From the NCBI GenBank assembly GCA_030390025.1, contig CM059428.1:102672001-102736000 (forward strand): a stretch of DNA of 64,000 nucleotides, in the 5' to 3' direction. This document shows, piece after piece, positions 13,644 to 25,277 of this stretch; the first letter of the stretch is position 1, and each line of letters begins with the position of its first letter. Source of the stretch: Squalus acanthias. Its lineage: Eukaryota. Under the pieces are notes generated by a model, which saw nothing but the letters and a program-made list of their open reading frames with translations, did not search any database and was not told where the DNA came from. The position numbers and the translations under genes are program-made.

Positions 13644-13722
13644 CTATTGCCAAGATGCATATCTCGTACAGCAGAAGATGAATTTTGCTGCCGAAGGGAT
13701 CCATGAAGGCATCCTGTCCCAT
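13644..13722 (-). CDS. HEPACAM2: HEPACAM family member 2, coding exon 1 (start codon and signal peptide)
   Basis: ATG at 13722-13720 gives MGQDAFMDPFGSKIHLLLYEICILAI(G), followed by a GTagg donor; 79 nt, and phase 1 fits exon 2. MGQDAFM-PFG is the characteristic HEPACAM2 N-terminus. Not in the ORF track because it is short. Confidence 0.92.
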
Positions 13723-15233
13723 AGAGAGCCTGGGTGGCTTTGTATTATGTTTGTCTGTTAGGGTGCAACTGGTCCCAGCTTCGTTTGACAGTGAAATGAG
13801 CTAACTCTTGCTTTGGCTCCGGGTTCCCAGCACACACGCAAAGAGAGAGAGAGATAACACACATAAACATACACTGCACCTACCCATCAGTTTAACATCT
13901 CCTCCCACCTACACACCACAGCACTGACACATACAGGAGAAATACGAGCACTGGAAAGTCATATTTCATAATAAATAAACCATCATCAGCATCATGTACC
14001 CGAGCATGGACGACAACAGTGCTGATAATCGATATTTAGGATTATTGGGTTCTACGTGTTTAAAGCTGGGTCCATATTTTAATTCACTACCCTGGGTGTA
14101 ATGGAAACAGTACTGAACTAGATCGCTTTTGTTCGTGCAGCTTAACATTTTTGTCCTTTGGACTAGTTGCCTATGAAAGGATTTGGACTGTTATTGAACT
14201 GAAGCTTTAATACATCCTCTTTCTGTGAAATTTCTGAAGTGTAAAACTGAACTGAACCAAAGGGGAACAATTAAAACACTCCTGATGATAGCTTTGGGAA
14301 CTGTTTGATCTGATCATGAACTATAATCAATGAAAGAGAGAAAAAATGGGTGCTTGAAGCACATAAAATATGCCCTGTATGTTATCTTTACAATGAAAAA
14401 TGTTTATTTTATCTAATGTCGGAACAACATTCTCAACACTAATAACGGAGGTACATCTGTTTTAGCAGAACTAACATCTATACAGCTTTGGTTGTATTGA
14501 CCTTCAAACAGAACTATTCCGTACAGCAGGTTTTTTTCACAGATTTAACAGAACAAACAAGATCCTCTTTCCAGTATTTTAAAACCAGCTGAAAAAAATC
14601 ATTAGCTGTCACTTTCTGAAAGTAAGTTAATAGATTTGAACTCTGTTTTCTTCAGTTTTTGCTTTGTTGAACCTGATATGCCTTCTCTTTGTCAGCTCTA
14701 TATAGGGGGCTTCTCCAGCCTGACTTTGCCTGTTTCAATGAAGTGTCACACTTGAAGTGTTGATCTATCATTTTCTTTCAGGTTCTGATCGACTTGCAAT
14801 GCATTATATTTCCATCCCCTGTACTGAGCATGACTGTATTTCTGGCCTTATTATAAAACTATAATGGTAATTTTACAAATTTGCATCCTGGTACAGAGCT
14901 TCACCTGCCAGGAGCACATATCAGGGGGGAAAAATTCGGTTGCTTAGCACCTCCCGTTAGCGCCCGAAGAGGTCGCTAATGGGGCACAACGCAACTAGTG
15001 CCCGGGCGTGGCAATGTTTGTGCCGCTGCCGAAATTGACCAGAGTTTTTGCGGCGGCTCTAAACACTACCGCCCCAATCTGCTGCGCAGATCGTGACATC
15101 AGTCGAGCGTGCAACGCCCCGGTGGCGGCCCGGACCGGATATTGAGTGGCGTCCCCCCTCCTTTCCGCCAGCCGCAAGCAACGACAGGGAGACTGGAACG
15201 TTTCCCAGTCGGTGAGGGGCTGGGGGTGGGGGG

Positions 15234-16595
15234 TTGTGGTGGATGCTATTTAAAGGCGGCCTCTTCCTGCCTTTTTTTGTGGGAGACATTTTTGCAAAAC
15301 TCACTCTGACAGAGAGAGAGATTCTGAGAGATTCTGAGAGAGACTTTTGCATAGAGTCAACACTGTGTGAAGTAGTTTTGGCTACTGAGCATCACTTTGC
15401 AGGTACTTTTGGATTTGACCTTCATTACTTCGATTGTCAAGAGACTGTGGGGGCTGCACTGATTCGGGGCGTCGTCCTGCGCCTGCAGAATCGGAGGCAT
15501 CAGACACGCAGAGAGAGAGTGGCAATCATGGCCAGAGGGCGGAGGGCCCACAGGCCTCTGCACAGGAGACCTTACCCTCCCAGGGTATTCCGGGAACAAT
15601 TCTCCTACAGTCATTTGTCTGAGGAGCAGTGTTTGCGCAGGCTGCGCTTCAGCAAGGAGGTGGTCACTGAGCTCTGCCACCTGCTGCAGCCAGATCTGCA
15701 GCCTCAACTGAGGACCAGGACGTCTCTGTCGGTGGCAGTGAAGGTCACAGTGGCTCTGAATGTTTTTGCCACCGGCTCCTTTCAAGCAGCTACTGGGGAC
15801 ATCACCAATATCTCCCAGTTCGCGGTCCATTGCTGTATCCGGCAGGTCACAAATGCCCTCTATAAAAGGAGACGCCAGTACATCTCTTTCCCGATGACCC
15901 AGGCCAAACAGCATAAACGCGCATTGGGCTTTGCGAGGATAGCGGGCTTCCCCATGGTGCAGGGCGCCATTGACTGCACGCATGTGGCATTGCGGGCACC
16001 ACATGAGAATGCAGAGGTTTTCCGAAACCGCAAGGGGTTCCACTCCTTAAACGTCCAGTTGGTCTGTGACCACAGACAGCTGATACTTGCTGTCAATGCC
16101 CACTATCCTGGCAGCAGCCACAATGCTTTCATCCTGTGCCAGACTGCTGTGCCAGAGCTTTTCCAGGCAGCGCATCAGCCAAGTGGTTGGTTCCTTGGGG
16201 ACAAGGGTTATCCACTCTGCACCTGGCTGATGACACCGCTCCATAACCCCAACACCCCTGCTGAGCTGCAGTACAACGAGAGCCATCTCGCCACCAGGAA
16301 CATCATTGAGCAGACGATCGGCGTGCTCAAGCAACGGTTCCGCTGTCTGGACCACTCAGGAGGAGCCCTGCAGTACTTGCCTGAGCGAGTCTCCCTCTTC
16401 ATAGTTGTTTGCTGCATTCTTCATTACCTTGCAATCCTCAGGACCCAGCCAATGCCACCATGCCTTGGAGCACCACCAGAGGAGGAGGAGGAAGAGGAAG
16501 AGGATGATCAGCAGCAGCACCAAGGCGGGAGGGAGGCCCACAATGTTGAAACTGCAAGGGCCGTCCGTCGAAGACTGATAACAAGCTGCTTCTAG
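15234..16595 (+). CDS. Harbinger (HARBI1-like) DDE transposase; real start probably downstream of the ORF start (e.g. MARGRR at about 15528)
   Basis: Uninterrupted ORF with [30 protein letters not shown] (usually HDx), LGDKGYP and IIEQTIGVLKQRFRCL, plus an acidic C-terminal tract. Confidence 0.93.
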   Translation: MWWMLFKGGLFLPFFVGDIFAKLTLTEREILRDSERDFCIESTLCEVVLATEHHFAGTFGFDLHYFDCQETVGAALIRGVVLRLQNRRHQTRRERVAIMARGRRAHRPLHRRPYPPRVFREQFSYSHLSEEQCLRRLRFSKEVVTELCHLLQPDLQPQLRTRTSLSVAVKVTVALNVFATGSFQAATGDITNISQFAVHCCIRQVTNALYKRRRQYISFPMTQAKQHKRALGFARIAGFPMVQGAIDCTHVALRAPHENAEVFRNRKGFHSLNVQLVCDHRQLILAVNAHYPGSSHNAFILCQTAVPELFQAAHQPSGWFLGDKGYPLCTWLMTPLHNPNTPAELQYNESHLATRNIIEQTIGVLKQRFRCLDHSGGALQYLPERVSLFIVVCCILHYLAILRTQPMPPCLGAPPEEEEEEEEDDQQQHQGGREAHNVETARAVRRRLITSCF

Positions 16596-16993
16596 GCCCC
16601 TACTCAGGAAGTGGCTTCTGGCATGGAGAACAACATGATGGAAAGCAACCCGCAACCCCTACAGCCGGCCAAGGCAGCAATGATTCCAATGGTCAAACAT
16701 GTACATTTTCAATACAACAACTTTTTTATTTTACAAACTCTGTGTGTGTCATTTATTCATGACAAACTAATAGAAACAAACACAAAAAATCATTAATTAA
16801 CATAACTGGTTCTCACAACCTGGAGATAATGGCCAAAACACTAAACAAAAGTTATTACACGAACCTCGGCCTTTAATAAAAACATTCCCAACATTTCGTC
16901 AGACCTCCTACTTTTTGCCCTTTGAGGGTGATCTCCTTCCCTTGCACACTTGCTCCCTTCCCACCCTACTGCTCCTCCGTAATGGGGCCCTAG

Positions 16994-17702
16994 TCTTCTT
17001 CTTCTTCTTCTTAGGCAGTCCCTCGGAACCAAGGATGACTTGCTTCCACATTAAAAATGAGTTCTCAGGTGACTGATGAGTCCAATGCGGGATCCACAGT
17101 CTCTGTCACAGGTGGGGCAGACGGTGGTTGAAGGGGCGGGTGGATGGGGTGCTTGGGTTGAGGTGCGCTCCTTCCGCTGTTTACGCTTTGCTTCCGCTTG
17201 CTCCCAGTGAAGAGACTCGAGGTGTTCGGCACCTTCCCGGACAGAGGCTGGGACGACCTTGGATCTAGACTGGAGGCGACGGAGGTTGAATAGTTTCACG
17301 TTTGTTCTGTAGATTAGCTCCACTCCAGCGAGGAGCTTACTGAGGGTGAGATGGAGCATTGCAGCCAGGAAGATCGAGAAGAGCGTTGGTTCAATGACAC
17401 AGCCTTGCTTGACCCCGGTCCGTACGTGAATTGGGTCTGTGGTGGATCCGTTGGTCAGGATCACGGCTTGCATGTCGTCTTGAAGCAGGCGGAGGATGGT
17501 GACAAACTTTTGAGGACAGCCGAATTTGAGGAGGACACTCCATAATCCCTCACGGTTGACAGTGTCGAAGGCCTTTGTGAGGTCAAAGAAGGCCATGTAC
17601 AGCGGTTGGTGCTGTTCCCTACATTTCCCTTGTAGTTGACGCGCGGTGAAGATCATGTCCATTGTGCCCCTTAGTGGGCGGAATCCGCATTGCGACTCTG
17701 GC
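16994..17702 (-). mobile_element. RTE-clade LINE, 5'-truncated and internally deleted
   Basis: RT motifs PESQCGFR..GTMDMIF..RQLQ.KC.EQ..PLYMAFFDLTKAFDTVNR and GVKQGCV; C-terminal C2H2 CPTCDRDCGSRIGLISHLRTH; (GAA)n tail at 16994-17012. Confidence 0.9.
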
Positions 17703-18628
17703 TGCAGCCAGTGACTGCAGCAAAGCTGGTGGAAGGCTGCTGAATGTCAGATCCTGAGACTACAGATGCCCTTGAAGGATGGCCTCGACCAGCTCTGGGC
17801 CTGGAGGGCCCGGCTGCAGACTGCACCAACTCTGCATGGGCGGCAGCATTCTGGGCTACAGGCAGTGACAAGTGCAATGGGGAAGTGACAGTGGTGGCAG
17901 CAGGAATGCTGTCATCTTGAGAGAGGACAGCACCTCCCTGCTCGACCGACACACTGGCACTCCCACGGGGCAGCACCTCAGCATCCGGAGCAATCTGCTG
18001 GAGCACAGTTTGCTGGCCTGCTGCGGCGCGGTGAGAGCCCCGGGGAAATGTGTCCGAACTAGTGACGATGGCAGCAGTCAGTGCTTGCGTGGCCTCAATC
18101 TGAGACTGCAAGAGAGCAGTCTGAGATTGGATCACGGCAGCCAGTGACTAAATTGCAGCACTAAGCATTTGCGTGGCGTCCGCCTGTGCTGCAGCGTAGT
18201 GCTCCACACTCCTTGCCAGTGCATCAATGAATTCAGGCACCCTTCCCACTGCACCCATGAGCTGAGTGTGCATGTCCATTGCCTGGGTGTTCATTTCAGC
18301 AATGAGCCGCTCCTCCTCTGTGTCCAGTGCAGCAGGACTCGCTGGCCTACTCTCCCTCCGGGGAGAAGGCCCCCGACCTTCACTACCCCATCGGGTTGCT
18401 GCAGCCCACTGGGTCCTGGAGCTTCACCCTCATCAGACCCTTCCCCCCTGCTCCCCTCCAGGGAAGACATGGTCCCAGTGTGGGCATGGGCTTCCTCGGG
18501 AGAGGGTGGCGCTGAGGCTCCGGCTTCCTCTTCCTCCTCGCCTGCGGCTTCGCTCCCACTGACAGCTTGAAGGCACCGTCTCCTCAGCTGGTGAATCACC
18601 ATCTGAAAGCAGGGAGGTACAAGAGTGG

Positions 18629-20431
18629 TGTAGGCATCGAACGCAGGCCCCAAGGATTTTTGGTATCGGACATTTTGAATAGCGGTTACTGCTGATTTGA
18701 CCAACTGCCTGTTTGGAGAGGATGAGAGGGGCCCAGGTAGTCGTGTACAGGAGATTCCAACCAGGCCTACAAACTAATTATGGGAGAATGTCTGGGCAGA
18801 CAGAATTCTCTGGGAAGACAATGGCCCAAAAATTCGTGAGGAAGCCTTCGTGCGAGGGTAAGGCTTCCCCGCGATCTCTCACTGCGCGTTGGCTTTTTCA
18901 GTTCCAGCTCGCACGAACTTGATGTTCTGGACAGCTGCTGTGCTGGGCTTGCGTATCCCACAGGCGCAGTTAATTCGTGCGAGCTGTGGGATCACGTGAC
19001 TCAGTTAGAGCCAATGGCAGCACACCATCTTCCATTCATAACTTTCACATAAGTGCTGTGAAAGCTATGAATACTATAGCCCCCCAAAAGAACAGCTAAA
19101 CCTCAATTAAATTTTTTTTAAAAACCATCACATTAATAAAATAAGTATAGTTAAATAAATTAACCATTTTAAATAAAAAATTAAATTTTTGAAAAAATTT
19201 AAAATCTTTTAAAAAGTTATAAAAATAAACTTACCTGTCTTTAAAGTCTCTAAAAAAGATATACCTGTTAAAAAAAATTCAAAATAATACTTACCTTGTT
19301 AAAAGTGGGTCTTACTCCTCCTTTTTTTATGTGTAAAATCTTCCATACTTACCTGCGCGTTGAAACCACTAAGTGCACTGCATGCGCGCAGCCTGTAGCG
19401 CGCACGCGGTTCACTTAGGAACCGCCCCCTTTTCCATTCACCAAGTGCCGGTTTTCAGCGCATGCGCAGTGCATGCAGAAAACCGGCAATTGGAGACCGA
19501 ATATGCGAGAGTACGCAGTGCGTACTCTCGCGTATCAACACAAATTTTTGGGCCATTAGGTCTGGGGAGATGACTCATACGGTCACAAGCACCGAGATGA
19601 GATAGCCCCGAAAGGCGGGAACCGGACAAAAGAGGGCCATTGTAAATTAATGGGAAGCCACTTAACCCAGGATCAGGTGAGAAGTGCGGCCCATCAGCTG
19701 CCATTAACACCAGCACCTAGATGGGATAGCCCCGAAAGGCGGGAAACCAGACAAAGAAGACAAAGAAGGGTGATTAAAAAGACATCACTGCAACTACACA
19801 GAGCGGAATGAACTTTTAGGATATAGAGAAGGCAGCTTTGGGCCTTTCGCTCTCTCGCTTGCTCTAAACCACCACGAGCGACAAGAGCCTTGCCTTGCTC
19901 TTCAACTGTAGGAACGAACCTCGAAACTGGGACTTGGACACTGCATCGGCGATACGGAACCAGGAGACACGCTCTACACAGGGAAGCAGTGAGCAAGAAA
20001 ACGGACAATCAGGGTGAGCATTGTCCAAGCCCACGCATCCTTAAGACCACTGGTACTGTGTGAGGGGGTGTTGTGTGTCCCAACCAAGCCAGAGGGGTTT
20101 AGTGGGGAGGTTCTGTGTGTATTATATAGTGTATGTTCCGGGGTTTGTGGGACAAGTCCATGTTATACTCTGTACAGCAACACAGTGTGATTTTAGGCAT
20201 CTTAACACGAGACAGGGGCCTGTTCGACGGGCCAAGTTGTATTGTTGTACTGTTTGATTTACAACACCAGGCAATTTACGTACTGGAGGCGGGTGTGTGT
20301 GTTAACGTTATTAAACACCATACGGTTGAGTCCGAAAAGCTTGTCTGTGTCCCAATGGTGTTCACCATAATTCCTGTCGTCTAGAACTAAGTAGGAGGGG
20401 TGATTCGAACCACCAAAGCAAACCACCTACA
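18629..20431 (+). mobile_element. Solo LTR (about 1.07 kb without its nested MITE)
   Basis: TGTAGG...CCTACA termini; 4-bp TSD GTGG at 18625-18628 and 20432-20435; internal direct repeat GATAGCCCCGAAAGGCGGGAA; TATA-like motif at about 19820 and ATTAAA at about 20310. Confidence 0.88.
18823..19554. mobile_element. Harbinger-type MITE inside the solo LTR
   Basis: TIRs GGCCCAAAAATT / AATTTTTGGGCC with AAT and ATT flanks. Same architecture as 9195-9919: GC-rich ends and an AT-rich core with repeated ACTTACC. Confidence 0.82.
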
Positions 20432-21865
20432 GTGGTTTTAGCGTGAGGACAGGGGGACAGTAAGGGAGGAAGGAGTGCAGCGATTTAGTAAGTTGGATTG
20501 AAAGTGTAAAAGGCTGGTGCTGTGAGGGACAAGAGGAATGAGAGAGGAGAGAAAGCTGATGACCTTACCATTGCTGTCCCGAACGGGGTCGGCCTCTCCA
20601 GGGGCGACGGGACCGAACACCTGGCTTGCCACAATCCTGTGGACACGCGCCTCAAGATCGCTGAGGGGTTGCAGCTGAGGCGGCCCTCCACCCGTCCGTT
20701 GCTGCTGTCTCCTGTTACGAGATAGCTTGGCCTGCAAGAAAAAGGACGGTGTCTGAGTAAATATACAGCCATGGTCTTGCCGGATGTGCCTCCCATAGTT
20801 GAATAGCCCTTACTGTATGCAGCCATGGTCTTGCCTGATGTGCCTCCCATAGTTGAATAGCCCTTACTGTATGCAAGGTGTGGAATGTGCATGTGTGTTT
20901 TATGAGAGGGCCATAGGTGTTGGATGAGTGTTGGGCATTGGGGTTTTAAGACCCTCTGGCCATAGAGTGAGGTTGAGAGGGAGGGATGGAAAGGTATTGA
21001 AAAACAGCTACTCACCCTGACGACCTGAGTGAGGTCTTTGTACTTTTTGCGACATTGCTTATGGGTCCTGGGCACCATGCTCCTGGAGGAGACATGATGA
21101 GCCACCTCCCTCCACACTCTTCTGTAGTCATGCGGCAAAGGCCTCCTGCCACTCTCAGGGTAGAGTATAGATCTTCTGCGCTCCACCGCGCCAACCAGAG
21201 CCTCCAAGGCCCGGTCGCTGAAGTGCTGAGCTCGTTCCCTCACCCTCTCCATAGTCCTTGGCTGAAAAATTTAGGCACAGATTTGTCCACGACGAGATTC
21301 AAGGCTGCAATGAGCATGGTGTGGCTGGAGAGCAAGATCGACCCTTCGCTTTAAGAACTGTCCGGCGCCAGTGTGTCTGTGTTCCATTGCTAACTGACAT
21401 CACCTGCGCTTCGCCAGCGCTCTGAGGTAGCGCCTCGATCCTCGGCCTTTGCGCCTTAAGACAGGTGTGTAGCGCCTGATTTAGCGCTCCAATCACCTCC
21501 AGGGGTGATAGAAGCCCAGTTTGGAATGGAGGCGATAATTAGTGCCAGGCGTTAAACTTTGCGCCTGGCCGATAATTGCGCCCCAAATGGGGCGATATCG
21601 AATTTCTCCCCCTAACTCTTCAACTATTCCACAACAGAGGGCAGGATATACACAAAAATAATCTGACTCACATTTTCTGGCCCAGGATGGGTGTGTCCTT
21701 CACGATGAGCAGGGACCACAATTTCAGCTGCAAATACCTGGTTCCTGCCAGTGGTATATTCAATTATTCAGGTCACACCACTAGGGGGCCATTCAGACAA
21801 ATAGGTCTTGCATCCCCTCATGGAGAAATAGACCCAAACCGACGAATATGTTAGCAAAACACATT

Positions 21866-22258
21866 GGCCACGAATTTAATTCTGGAGGCGGGATGGGGGC
21901 GGGACAGCTGGTTTCCTGGTTCCGCTCCCAGTTGCATCCGCTCTGCAGACGTGATTTCCCCTTGATTGGCCTTCTGAAGCCTGCCCTGTGGGCTTACTGG
22001 CCAATTAACAGGAAGCGTCATCAGCCGGTTTCCTTAAAGGGACCACGTCCACTTGGAGTTTGACAGTTGTTCTGTCAGTGTTTGACAGTATTGAGGTGCT
22101 GCAAACACTGACCAGCACTGCACAAAGGTGAACACTTGCACCCAGGCTCTCCAATGACTCCCTCCATACCAGGGTTTCCTACCCGCTGTCAATCTTTGCA
22201 ATTTTGACAGTGGACCCGCCTCCAAACCCACCCCCTCAACGCGATTAAATTCGCGGCC
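21866..22258. mobile_element. Harbinger-type MITE
   Basis: TIRs GGCCACGAATTTAAT / ATTAAATTCGCGGCC; TSD ATT on both sides. Confidence 0.85.
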
Positions 22259-22261
22259 ATT

Positions 22262-23748
22262 GGGCTAGAAAGTCATTATAGCCCAGGAATGGGCGATATC
22301 TTTAAAAGTTTGAGAATTGGCACCAGGCGCTAATGCTTTAGACTGCACCCAAAATTCATTCTCACTGCTCAAAGAAATGATTGGGGCGCTAAATCAAGTC
22401 TTAAACGCCTAGCTCAGTGGCATTACACTTAAAGGGTGGACCAATATCGGGTGCAGTCTAATCTCAACTCAGCATTGCCACAGGCTTTTCCCAGTACTTA
22501 AAGGGGAGGTTCATTGATACTACAGCACCTCATTCTCAGCATTGCTGGCTGTGCAGCTGCCTCAGCAAGGCGAAGCACAGCAAGGAGAAGGAGCCGGAGG
22601 ACTGAAGCAGGTGTGCTCATGGCAGATCCACCTCAGTCGGGTGGTCAGGGTGATTGAATGCTTCACCAAATGCTACATACCACCATCTGTACCACAAACT
22701 TCACACACTGCCCAAAGCACCACCCCCCCAGCGCTCACCCACCAACAATCTCTACCTACCAACACTGACACCCACATCTTACGCCTTGCACACAATGACA
22801 GCTATTCAACTATGGCAGGCACAAGGGTCATTAGTTATTAGAATGAATGTGATATGTTTATGCATAAATTTATTAATGGAGTTTGTAATATTTTGTGGTC
22901 TCTCTCATTTCACCTTTGCGTCCAGGAGGATGCTGTGATATGGCATGACACAGGGATGGTATGATGGGCATGTGGTGAGCAAAAGGGATCTGGGGTTTAA
23001 GTCATCCTGCTGTGAGGGAGGAGGTGGCAGAGTTCTGTGACCACCACCTTGGTGATGCGGAGCTGTCTAATACACTGCTCCTCGCTTAATTGAAGGTAGG
23101 AGAAGTGCTGTCAGAATACCCTTGGAGGGTAAGGCCTCCTGGTGAGAGCCCTGATGTCCCTCCTCATTCCTCTGCGCACATGTTCCCGTATTTCTGGCTG
23201 CCGATGCTCCCTCCACCATAGATCCTGGAGGATGCGGTGGCGCCAGTACAGCCCCCATTAATGTTGCCAAGTGTAGCAGTTTGAATCTTTGAACAATAAA
23301 TGTAGCCACTTTGCACTTGCCAGAAGACTGCTGCTAAAAAAGAAGTTTGAAATTACTCATACAAACTGCTCCACTGGCTGAAACTGACAAGAAGCCACTG
23401 AAAGTAACCTGCCCTGACAGCTGCGAGTGATTAATGCTGATGCCTTTAAATAACGACGCTTGAGCCGGCTTCCTGCAGCTGTGCACCTGCTCTCCCTGTC
23501 GCTGTCTGGTCGAGGCACAAAGGTGACAATGAATTTTGCGGATCGGGAGCCCAGTGAGTGTTGTATGCTCACTGACGTCATGATCTGCCTGAAGTCCCCG
23601 GCGGTACCTCGTACTGGCGGCACAATGGGGGGTCCGGATTTGCCGTGCGTCGCTGGATTCGCCTCACCCCGGCGCTACTGCATCAGCGCCCCATTACTGC
23701 CATCTGCTGGCGCTAACGGGAGGCGCTGAGGTACCAAATTTTTCCTCC
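22262..23748 (-). mobile_element. Internally deleted Harbinger derivative with Myb and transposase remnants
   Basis: The right end GCGCTAACGGGAGGCGC...AAATTTTTCCTCC is homologous to the left end of the 14925 element. ATT flanks on both sides; degenerate left TIR. Confidence 0.65.
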
Positions 23749-25277
23749 ATTGGATTTAATCGTGAAAATCGGTGGGAGCTGAAATAGGAGTCATGGAAAT
23801 CTGAATTGTTAAATAAGATTAAAAACTAAAACAGACATTTTGGCTTGGAAGCAAAAGACAAACAAGAGAAAGTGGTCATGAATGATTAAAGCATCAGAGA
23901 AGGAGGTCTAGAGGATAGTGACTTACAGCATAAAGCTATACTCAGTACTTCAATACCAATGATTACCATTTCATACGAACATACAAAATTGACGGGCAGG
24001 AAAAGATCAACTGGTCGATCAAGCCTGCCCCACACACCATAATGGCTGGAGCACCATGACTAGACTCTTCCCCCACCCGTCTCATTCTCATAGCTCTCCA
24101 TAGCCACAATATCACCCACAATGTGGGGGAACCAAAACTGGGCACAGTACTCCAGTTGCAGTCTAACCAGTGACCTATATAGTGACAAAATAGTGTCCTT
24201 TGATTTATACTGAATGGTTCTATTAATACCACCCAATACTCTGTTAGCTTTAGCTACAACTTCTTTACATTTGTCATGAACCTTCAGTGAACTGTGCACA
24301 ATACCTAGACCTTTTTCTCTCTCAACTTCTTTCAGTATTGTTCCATGCAAATGATACATCGATTCTGTGTTGGCATTTATCCAAGTTAAACACCAAGTGA
24401 TCCGCTGCCCAAATGCATCTAAATCTCTTTGCATCTGATTGCACTCCTCTACTGTCTTAACCCTTGCACAATTTTTTTGAATCATCTGCAAACTTACTGA
24501 CCATACTCTCAACAACGCTGTCCAGGTCATTATTAAAGACAATGAATGATAGCGGACCTAGGACCGATCTCTGGGGGACATCACTAATAACATGTCTCCA
24601 GGCTGAACCATATCCATTAACTACAACATTTTCGCTGCAGGATTGGAGTCAATTCCTAATTCAGCGTTTCAAATTCCTAGTGACACTACAAGATTCTATC
24701 TTGTGAAGTGACCTCGTGTGAGGTACCTGATCAAAGGCTTTCTGAAAGTTCAGATACACAGGGCTGGATTTTACCAGCCCTGAGGAGGCGGGTTTGGAGG
24801 CGGGACTGTTGGGAAAATTTGAAAAAATGACGGCGGGTTCCGATCCCGCCGTCAACCCGCCTCTGCGCAACTTTGCCAGAAGCGGGCTTGCAGAGTCCAT
24901 TTCGGTCGCGCCTCCAGGCGGCGGGATAGTTCCCTTAAGGCTCTTAACTACCACTATAATGCCATTTTGAGAGGCCTTTCACATTTTTCCACATTTCCAG
25001 CATGCTGCACGTCTCTCCTGAAACACGCCAGCTAATCCTGTCGGGTTGACAAGTGGCTGGCTTCCTAACAGCTGCAGCTCCACCATAAAAACGGAGCTCT
25101 CAACAAGGATCAGTTGCAGGTGGCATAACTTTGTTTTCTCAGGTCTTGGAGAACTTTTTGCAGGTCCACTGATTTTGGATGTGGTGAAGCTGAGATCCAT
25201 CTCCACTGTGACCTCCTGGGAAAACCCTTTCCCCACATTGACTGAGCGCTTCCTCAACTGAGGTATCTACCAGCAGC

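Larger units (their letters stand above)
16904..21252 (-). pseudogene. Harbinger Myb/SANT-like DNA-binding gene: exons 21016-21252, 20569-20731 and about 16904-18602; disrupted
   Basis: Exon 1 reads MERVRERAQHFSDRALEALV...W.EVA..VSS...RTHKQCRKKYKDL with a GTgagt donor. Exon 2 reads AKLSRNRRQQQRTGGGPP. Exon 3 has frameshifts, a stop and an RTE insertion, and the solo LTR sits in intron 2. Confidence 0.85.
14925..21612 (+). mobile_element. Harbinger/PIF DNA transposon (two-gene, formerly autonomous) with nested RTE, solo LTR and MITE
   Basis: TIRs GGGGGAAAAATTCG / CGAATTTCTCCCCC with a TAA right flank. Convergent transposase (+) and Myb/SANT (-) genes. Both ends are homologous to the MITE at 61206-62099. 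Confidence 0.93.

Noticed and set aside
14600-14820. Possible ancient Penelope end with hammerhead remnant (TGAAGTGTCACACTTGAAG)
   Set aside because: Too degenerate to call without an alignment.
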